Translations under genes and position numbers: made by a program | The notes under the pieces: model-generated | Database searches by the model: none | What the model saw: only the letters and a program-made list of their open reading frames with translations | Told to the model about the DNA's origin: nothing | Source: Octopus bimaculoides | Lineage: Eukaryota | DNA: 57,673 bases | Assembly (NCBI RefSeq): GCF_001194135.2 | Contig: NC_069003.1 | Span: 12,293,372-12,351,044 of the forward strand | Direction: 5' to 3' | In this document: piece by piece, positions 48,696 to 57,673 of the stretch | Layout: every line of letters starts with the position of its first letter | Position numbering within the stretch: position 1 is the first letter of the stretch

Positions 48696-49938
48696 GGTGT
48701 TTGTTTGGTGTTGGCTGTTTATATGTGTATGTGTGAGTGAACTTGGTGTCTCTTAATGTTATTGGAAGAATTCAGCAGCATGGTAACAGTAGTGGTGGTC
48801 CTTTGTGGAGTTGTGTGTCTCACAGGTGCATAGAGGAACGGTCGGTAGAAAGGCGTTTGACTGGCAGTTTGAAGTATGTATGTGCGTGTGTATGTATGTG
48901 TGTGCATATATGTATCTGTGTGCATGTGTGTGTGTTGTGTGTATTTTCTGTGTAGTGTGTGCATGCGTCTGTGTGTGTGCGTGTGAGTGTGTGTGTGTAT
49001 GTGCATGTATGTATGTGTGTGTGTATGTGTGTGTGCATGGGGTTGTGTGTGTGAAGTTATATGTACGTTCCTCTGTGTGTGTGTGTGCGTGCATGTGTGT
49101 GTGTGCATGTATGTACGTGCATGTGCGTGTGTGTATATACCCATGCATGTGTAATTGTGTGCATGTATGTATGAGTGTGTCGTGTGTGTGTGTTGGAGGT
49201 ATGTTTGCGTTTATGTGCATGTGTGTGTATGTGTGTGCGTGTGTATGTGTGTGTGTGTGTGTGTGTGTGCATGTGTTCACACAATAATGCAAAGTACACT
49301 GAATCTCTTGTAATATACATACACAAGCAAAACACACACACACATATATATACACACATAAATGTATAGACACTGTATACAAATACATGCACACATATAT
49401 GTCTATACACCGTTATATGGAAATGGTGATGATTCTTGTCTCCTACCACATTCCTTCCCGGTTCCAAGAAAGCTTTAATCCTGATTACTTCAGCATTGTT
49501 CACACCCCTACACACATCACACACAAATACACATATTTACACACACCTGCACACACACTCACACCACATGCAAATACACACACACATATGTGCGCGTGCA
49601 TGAGTGTGTGTGCGTGTGTGTGTTTGTGTGTGTAAATGTGTGTGCATGCATTTTTACATATATATATACACACTCACATAGAGCGAAAGAGAGAGAGANN
49701 NNNNNNNNNNNNNNNNNNNNNNNNNNNNNNNNNNNNNNNNNNNNNNNNNNNNNNNNNNNNNNNNNNNNNNNNNNNNNNNNNNNNNNNNNNNNNNNNNNNN
49801 NNNNNNNNNNNNNNNNNNNNNNNNNNNNNNNNNNNNNNNNNNNNNNNNNNNNNNNNNNNNNNNNNNNNNNNNNNNNNNNNNNNNNNNNNNNNNNNNNNNN
49901 NNNNNNNNNNNNNNNNNNNNNNNNNNNNNNNNNNNNNN

Positions 49939-49986
<48 letters not shown>

Positions 49987-50237
49987 GAACAAATGTATGC
50001 AAGTATCTACAGGTGTGACTTCATGTATTCACAAATACATACATACAAAGTCACACACACAACACTCACACACCCCTACATATACCAACTACAATGAAAA
50101 CTCCTTAATTTGTTATAACCAATAAATGGACGAGTATTCCATAGATACTTGTATTCATAAAACATAATCCCCAGACAATAACAACATCACTGGGGTATGA
50201 TAAAACTGACATTTTCAAAGCACAGGAATCGTTCATA

Positions 50238-50570
50238 CATCAGGTTTCTGCACAGTTTCCATTCACAGACTTTCACACTCAAGACATTGGTTGGTTTGGC
50301 CTGAAGTGATAATTAAAGTTACATACCCAGGCTACCATTGAGTGGGATTGAACCTGATATCACTTGATTATAAAGTGAACTTCTTAAAGCTTTGACCATG
50401 TCAAGTAAATCCGTGTATGTGTTACACGTGCACACGCTTAGACAAATACACATGCGTACACATACATAGGCACAGGATTGGCTGTGTGGTAAGTAGCTTG
50501 CTTACCAACCACATGGTTCCGGATTCAGTCCCACTGTGTGGCACCTTAAGCAAGTGTCTTCTACTATATA
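50238..50570. mobile_element. Two SINE family B 5' parts in opposite orientation
   Basis: 50238-50400 minus (diverged) and 50477-50570 plus. Confidence 0.7.
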
Positions 50571-51130
50571 CAATATTAGATATGTTTCGAAACCAGTACC
50601 AGGTTGACCAGCATTTACTTGTTCTGATCCAGTAAAAGTAAGACATTATTATTGTTCACTGATATTTTTTCCTATCATGTCTGTAATAGATTTGTGACTA
50701 TTCGGTGGTACAGAAGTATTTTTTTACTTCTATTTTTTAGCGATATAGGTACTAATGTAGTACCCTTGTGTATATATGTACATATCTAATATTGTATGTA
50801 TATATTTTATTAATTTGCCTGTACGGCTGATAATTCACTTAACACTCATGATGGTATTTTAATAATATCATCCCTATATTTGCATATATATATATTTTAA
50901 TAATATCAAGGGTAATAAGAAATATTAGAAATTTCTACTACCAGTGACCTAGTGTGCAAAAAAATTTAGTCAATAGACTATATATTATTCATATAAATAC
51001 AGTGTACATTTAAACACATAGGAGGTATCCATCATAGGTTTCCTTGCATGCTAGAAAGAACAGCTAAATTCCAAACCACTATTTAGGGATAAAACTTTGA
51101 AGGGAATGAAAAATAAAAACATTTGCTAAA

Positions 51131-51566
51131 ATGGTCATGTGATGCATGTGGTCAGGGACAGTTGTTTAAAGTGCTGATCCCTAACTGTGGAGGGAACCAG
51201 TGGAAGATGTAGAGCCAGGAAGACATGAGATGTGGTGGTGAAGCATGATCTTCAAATGTTAGGCCTCATGCTGGTGAGGACAAGTGACCGAGACATTTGG
51301 TGATATGCTGAGCTTGAGAAGACTTGTCAAGCCAAGTGAAATCATCATCATGGCCATTGCAGGTGTCATGTAAAAGGCACCTGTGCTGGTGGCACATAAA
51401 AAGTACCCATTGCACTCTTGGAGTGTTTGGTATTAGGAAGGGCATCTAGTCATAGAGGCCAAGCCAAATCAGATTGGAACTTGGTGCAGTTCTCTAGCAT
51501 ACCAGTTCCAGTCAAACCATCTAACCCCTGCTAGCATGGAAAGCGGATGTTAAATGATGATGATGA
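51131..51566 (+). mobile_element. RTE-clade LINE 3' end (family C)
   Basis: CTAACTGTGGAGGGAACC...CCAGGAAGACATGAGATG.GGTGGTGAAGCATGATCTTCA aligns with 32786-32960; (GAT)n tail. Confidence 0.85.
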
Positions 51567-51578
51567 TGTGTGTGTATA

Positions 51579-51632
<54 letters not shown>

Positions 51633-52847
51633 NNNNNNNNNNNNNNNNNNNNNNNNNNNNNNNNNNNNNNNNNNNNNNNNNNNNNNNNNNNNNNNNNNNN
51701 NNNNNNNNNNNNNNNNNNNNNATATATATATATATATATACACATACATACACACATACATACACATACATACACACAAACAGATATATATATATATGTA
51801 CTCACATACACACCTATATATACACACATATACACGTGCACACCCTTGCACTAGTAATAAACCTCATATATTTTTTATTGAATCAAATATTGATGAAGAC
51901 AAGGAAAAGGTATAGGAGAATGTTATTGGTGGTGGTGGTTGTGGTGGGGTAGTGGCAGTGATGGTGGTGGTGATGCTGATAACGATCTTGCTGCTGCTGC
52001 TGCTGCTGATGATGATGATGATAGCAACAGTAATGGTCCTGAAGTTGATGATAACAGTGATGGTGATGGGTGTGATGGAAACGATGATGATGATCATGAT
52101 GATGGAGTAGGGGTGTCGGTGGTGACGATTGTGACAATGGTGGTGGTGGTGGGGAAGAATTCTGATTAATAATTATCTAGATCCAACCAGGAGTCATGTG
52201 GTTTAAAGCTAAACTGNNNNNNNNNNNNNNNNNNNNNNNNNNNNNNNNNNNNNNNNNNNNNNNNNNNNNNNNNNNNNNNNNNNNNNNNNNNNNNNNNNNN
52301 NNNNNNNNNNNNNNNNNNNNNNNNNNNNNNNNNNNNNNNNNNNNNNNNNNNNNNNNNNNNNNNNNNNNNNNNNNNNNNNNNNNNNNNNNNNNNNNNNNNN
52401 NNNNNNNNNNNNNNNNNNNNNNNNNNNNNNNNNNNNNNNNNNNNNNNNNNNNNNNNNNNNNNNNNNNNNNNNNNNNNNNNNNNNNNNNNNNNNNNNNNNN
52501 NNNNNNNNNNNNNNNNNNNNNNNNNNNNNNNNNNNNNNNNNNNNNNNNNNCGGTGGTAGTGGATAGTGATGATGGCAGTGGTGGTGTGATGGTAATGGTG
52601 GTGATGATGGAGGTGGTGGTGGTATGGTGGCTAGTGGTGGTAGTGGTGGTGGTGGCAGTGGTTGTGGTTGCAGTGGTTGTGGTAGCAGTGGTGGTGATAT
52701 TGGTGGCAGTTGTGGTGGCAATGGTTGTGGTAGTAGTGGTGGTAGAAGTGGTGGCAGTGGTTGTGTTAGCAGTGGTGGTGGAAGTGATGGTGGTATGCAC
52801 CAGAGGAGTGGTGTTCTAGAGATGGCAACAATAATAGAGAACAGAGG

Positions 52848-52888
<41 letters not shown>

Positions 52889-53059
52889 ATATATATTCAA
52901 GGGTCATTGTGCTACCGGTGTTACTATAGTGGAGGTGATTATAGGAATGGTAGGTGTCCCAGAGATGGTGTTAGTAGCATGATGACGATGATGGTGGTAT
53001 TTGTTCTTGGTAATGTTGTACTGGTGCCGGTGGTGGTGGTTTTGCAAGTAGTCTAAGTA

Positions 53060-53195
53060 ACTATTAGAAAAGTTAAACAAGTACTAAGTTTACAAAGAAT
53101 AAATCCTGGGGGTCGATTTGTTCAACTAAAGGCAGTGCTCCAGCATGGCCACAGTCAAATGACTGAAACAAGTAAAAGAATAAAAGAATAAAAAA
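53060..53195 (+). mobile_element. SINE family B 3' end
   Basis: GGGGTCGATTTGTTCAACTAAAGGCAGTGCTCCAGCATGGCC...GACTGAAACAAGTAAAAGAATAAAAG. Confidence 0.85.
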
Positions 53196-53203
53196 ATATC
53201 ATT

Positions 53204-53240
<37 letters not shown>

Positions 53241-53242
<2 letters not shown>

Positions 53243-53330
53243 TTTTTCCCAAGCATTAAACTAATACACCTGTTTGTTGTTTCTACACCTGTCTTCATCT
53301 TTTGTTTTCTGTAAATTTGAACTATATATA
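53241..53330 (+). mobile_element. 3' part of the Penelope-like repeat (no hammerhead), copy 3
   Basis: TTTTTCCCAAGCATTAAACTAATAC...ACACCTGTCTTC.TCTTTTG matches 31974-32060. Confidence 0.6.
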
Positions 53331-53634
53331 CTGTAAATCCTTGACTATAGTCTGCCCTTGAGTATAATACGCAGGGGATTTTTAGGGGGCTGTACCTCTG
53401 AAAAACTCAAACCTTGTGTATAATACGCACCCCTTCTCTAACTTGAGTCAAGGAGGTCTATATAACGTCCTTGGTTTGTAAACGTATATATGGTAACGTC
53501 CTTTATTATTATTGTATATATAACATAATGCAAACGTGTAGCTTTTTTGTGCACTTTGTTTGTAGAAAATAAAGAAATAACAGTGAAAAATAATATTAAG
53601 TAAATTGCCTTTACATATTTATCACTGAGAAAAT
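53329..53634. mobile_element. Tc2/pogo-like DNA transposon terminus
   Basis: TA-CTGTAAATCCTTGACTATAGTC terminus with a repeated subterminal TATAATACGCA motif; ends at a gap. Confidence 0.55.
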
Positions 53635-53644
53635 NNNNNNNNNN

Positions 53645-53677
<33 letters not shown>

Positions 53678-53679
<2 letters not shown>

Positions 53680-53990
53680 TCATCATCATCATCATCACCA
53701 TTTAACATACCTTCCATACTGGCATGGTTCGGATGGTTTTTGACAGGAGTTTGCCCAGTTGAAGACTACACTAGGCTGCTGTATCTGTTTTGGCATAGAT
53801 TTTATGGCTGGATGCCTTTCCTAACAGCAACCACCCTGCAGAGTGGACTGAGTGCCTTTTATGGGGCACCAGCTCCAGCAGGGTCACCAAGTAACTTGCA
53901 AGACAAGGAATTTCGAGAGGGGAGGAGGCATTGAAGGAGGTGATCTTGTGTCAAATGAGGAAAAATTAGAGTGTGACAGAGAGACAGAGA
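53678..53990 (-). mobile_element. RTE 3' UTR end (family C)
   Basis: CATCAT tail, TTCCATACTGGCATGG, GGATGCCTTTCCTAAC. Confidence 0.75.
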
Positions 53991-54054
53991 AGCAGAAACT
54001 GGTGTGTTGCTATAAAGGAGGTACATGGTTACCTGGCCAAGAGAGAGAGAGAGA

Positions 54055-54128
<74 letters not shown>

Positions 54129-54302
54129 AAGAGTGTATTTTAGTGTATTTTAAGAGGAATATGGTAACAAAAGGATTAAATATTGTATGACTGTATGAGT
54201 CTATCTGTTCTGCAATTCACCCAAGACTTCACCATGGCACTTATAAGAATTAACAACGCACACACCTTGTGTATGTGTGTTCGATTTTTGATTCAGATAC
54301 AT

Positions 54303-54377
<75 letters not shown>

Positions 54378-54489
54378 GGGGTGGTGTTGGTGTTGATGGT
54401 GGTAGTGATGATAGCGGTTAATGATGATGATGATGATGACGATGATGACGACGACGACGATGATGAGGAGGAGGAGGAGGATGCAAGGT

Positions 54490-54826
54490 ACAGGCATTGC
54501 TGTGTGGTTAAAAAAGTCTACTTTTGAACCATTAGGGTTAAGAGTTGAACCTCACTGTGTGGATGCTTTCAATTGGGGGGAGGGGTACTTTACAATAGCT
54601 GTCGGTTGACCAATACCTTGAGATTGAAACTGGTTAGTGGAAACTGAAAGAATCTCATATAAAATATGTATATAGGTGCTGGCATGGCTGTATGGTAAGA
54701 AGCTTGCTTCCCAAACATATGGTTCCAGGTTCAGTCCCACTGCTTGTAGTGTCTTCTACTATAGTCTCAGACTGGCCAAAACCTTGTGAATAGATTTGGT
54801 AGACAGAAACTGAAAGAAGCCTGGCA
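54490..54826 (+). mobile_element. Two tandem SINE family B 5' halves
   Basis: 54490-54655 and 54683-54826, each ending in GAAACTGAAAGAA. Confidence 0.75.
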
Positions 54827-55087
54827 TAAGAACTGCCCATGCCAGTGAAACTGAGCTCTAGAAGTGCTGTGTGTTCCACCCACACATAACAAAAAAACTT
54901 TTCACACACCCTACCCCAACAAACCAAACTACATCCCCCTTTCCCAAACTGCATCTCTTCTTTTCGTTAGATTTCCCCTTTTATGCACCATGGTTATTAT
55001 CTTTCACTCCCTCGTTCTGTCCTCGCTGCAATACCCACTGTATCAGCTCTTGTCAAACCAGCCAGTACCCCTCCCACTCAAAGGATC

Positions 55088-55965
55088 TTTCTTGCAAGTT
55101 CACTTGGTGACCATGTTGGTGCTGTAAAAACTGTGCCAAATCAGACCACACCAGTGCTGGTGCCACACAAAAAGCACCCAGTCCACACTGTAAAGTGGTT
55201 GGCGTTTGGAAGGGCATCCAGCTGTGAAAACCATGTCAAAGTAGACCTCACTGGTGCTGGTGCTGGTGCCATGTAAAAAAACACCTAGTCCACTCTTATT
55301 TCTTTACTGCCCCCAAGGAGCTAAACATAGAGGGGACAAACAAGGACAGACAAAGGGATTAAGTCAATTATATCGACCCCAGTGTGTAACTGGTACTTAT
55401 TTAAATGACCCCAAAATGATGAAAGGCAAAGTCGACCTCAGTGGAATTTGAACTCAGAACGTAGCGGCAGACGAAATACCGCTAAGCATTTCGCCCAGAG
55501 TGCTAACGTTTCTTATTTCTTTACTGCCCACAAGGGCCTACACACAGAGGGGACAAACAAGGACGGACAAAGAGATTAAGTCGATTATATCAACCCCAGT
55601 GCATGACCGGTACTTATTTAATCGACCCCGAAAGGATGAAAGGCAAAGTCGACCTCAGCGGAATTTGAACTCAGAACGTAGCGGCAGACAAAGTACCGCT
55701 AAGTATTTTGCCCGGCTTGCTAACCTCTCTGCCAGCTCACCGCCTTGTCCACTCTGTGAGGTGGTTTGCCACTCTGTGAGTGGACTGGTTGCACCCAGTC
55801 CACTCTATGAGGGGGTTTGCATTAAGAAGGGCATCCAAATGTAAAATCCTTGGGGAAAATAACACAGTGGAGCTTGGTTCAGTCTTCTGACTTACCAGCT
55901 CCTATTAAACCATTCAACCCATGCCAGTAAGGAAAATAGACATTAAATGATGATGGTGATGTATG
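55088..55965 (+). mobile_element. RTE 3' UTR (family C) interrupted by a SINE A dimer
   Basis: Family C motifs on both sides of 55297-55746; (GAT)n tail near 55950. Confidence 0.75.
55297..55746 (-). mobile_element. Head-to-tail dimer of SINE family A with a shared TSD
   Basis: Two monomers (55297-55512, 55513-55746); GTCCACTCT at 55288-55296 and 55747-55755 flanks the pair. Confidence 0.85.
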
Positions 55966-56485
55966 GGAAATGTGTGTGTGTGTGCATGCATATACACATG
56001 CACATATTTATACATATACACATACATACACCCATGCATACATACATCCACACACATACATACACACACTTCTATATCACATAGACATACTTCTATACAC
56101 TTAATGATTATAACTAAGTATATCATCTCTCTTGCCTCAATTATAGACGCACTTGGAATGCTTGAATGAGATTTCACAAAGCCATTTATTGATTGGTTTA
56201 TTAAATGCTTGTCTTGTAACCTAGCTGAGAATGAGTGTACATAGACACACATACAGCCACACACACACTGCCATGCACACATACATGCACACACACACAC
56301 ACACACATGCATACATACATGCACATGTATATATGTCCATGTGTTTGGTATGTGTTAGTGCATGTTTACCTCTCCCCGTTCCTCCTTCTCCTACTATATC
56401 TATACATGTATAAGATATCACACAGAGCAGAATAACGGACAGACATGCGCATACATACATGTACATGCATGTATGTGTGTGAATC

Positions 56486-56527
<42 letters not shown>

Positions 56528-56835
56528 NNNNNNNNNNNNNNNNNNNNNNNNNNNNNNNNNNNNNNNNNNNNNNNNNNNNNNNNNNNNNNNNNNNNNNNNN
56601 NNNNNNNNNNNNNNNNNNNNNNNNNNNNNNNNNNNNNNNNNNNNNNNNNNNNNNNNNNNNNNNNNNNNNNNNNNNNNNNNNNNNNNNNNNNNNNNNNNNN
56701 NNNNNNNNNNNNNNNNNNNNNNNNNNNNNNNNNNNNNNNNNNNNNNNNNNNNNNNNNNNNNNNNNNNNNNNNNNNNNNNNNNNNNNNNNNNNNNNNNNNN
56801 NNNNNNNNNNNNNNNNNNNNNNNNNNNNNNNNNNN

Positions 56836-56875
<40 letters not shown>

Positions 56876-57385
56876 ATACATGCATGCACACACACACACA
56901 GAGACACATATGTAAGCATTTTTGTATTTTCACAGACTTTGTTTATTTTGTAGTACAGGTTAAGTATATCTATATATTTTTTGTGTGTATATATGTATAT
57001 GCATATACATACATATGTATGAATAAATGTATGTATGTATGTATGTGTGTATGTGTGCATGTGTGTAAATATGTGTGTTTGTGTGTGTGTGGGTGGGTGA
57101 TATTTGTTTAAGTACCAAACAGTAGAAAAATAAAGAAACGAATGAAGAAAAAACAAATAAACAATATTTGTGGTTGAATCTGGGTGAAACTAACAATAGA
57201 CATGCGAAACACAACGTTGATTTCTTAGATGGGCAGAAAGCCATAAAATCTTAATGATGCTTGTATCTAATGTAATACATGTAGTATGGATATTATTTAG
57301 ATTTCTCACCATTGCTATCTCAAATGCTGTTATTATTTTCATCGCCAGTGTCACCATCATCATAATCACCATCTTCTTCTTCTTC

Positions 57386-57424
<39 letters not shown>

Positions 57425-57437
57425 GATGTAGGCGTGG

Positions 57438-57600
57438 GTGTGTGGTAAGAATTTTGCTTCTCAGCCACATGGTTTTGAGTTCAGACACGCAGCGCGGCAT
57501 TTTGGGCAAGTGTCAAGTGTCTTCTACTATAAGCCTCAGGCCGAAGAAAGCTTTGTGAGTGGATTTAGTTGACAGAAGCTGAAAGAAGCCCATCATATAT
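57438..57600 (+). mobile_element. SINE family B 5' half
   Basis: TGTGTGGTAAGAA...TTGGGCAAGTGTC...GAAGCTGAAAGAAGCCCATC. Confidence 0.8.
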
Positions 57601-57673
57601 ATATACATATATATATATATATACACACACACACATATATATACACACACACACATATATATATATATATACA

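Noticed and set aside
50579-50642. AG...GTAAGA bounded 58-nt candidate exon
   Set aside because: Stop codons in all three frames and a weak polypyrimidine tract.

Overview
AT-rich, repeat-dominated eukaryotic genomic DNA from a fragmented short-read assembly. About 10 kb (~17%) is N gaps, and most gaps are flanked by microsatellites. The SINE/MITE families look like those of octopod cephalopods (Octopus); this is recognition from memory, not a database match. No host protein-coding exon could be supported, so the window is probably intergenic or deep intronic, and nearly all ORFs in the track are microsatellite or N-gap artefacts. Supported content: (1) a decayed Tx1/L1-clade LINE (APE + RT, ~3433-6045) and a second fragment at ~9205-9580; (2) a decayed pogo/POGK-like transposase (7570-8630, minus); (3) an RLE-type R4/Dong-like LINE 3' end abutting (TAA)n (28071-28548, minus); (4) a CR1-type 3' fragment and many RTE 3' ends; (5) three SINE families; (6) hAT, mariner, pogo and TTAA-flanked MITEs, some nested with target-site duplications; (7) a possible solo LTR. 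The most interesting signals are non-coding: a dispersed Penelope-like repeat carrying a minimal type-I hammerhead-ribozyme-like motif with a variant core (25397-25434, 31927-31963), a combined direct + inverted repeat locus (2042-2571), and several fold-back hairpins, including a pri-miRNA-sized one (43596-43696). None of these is demonstrated to be a new system; they are testable candidates.
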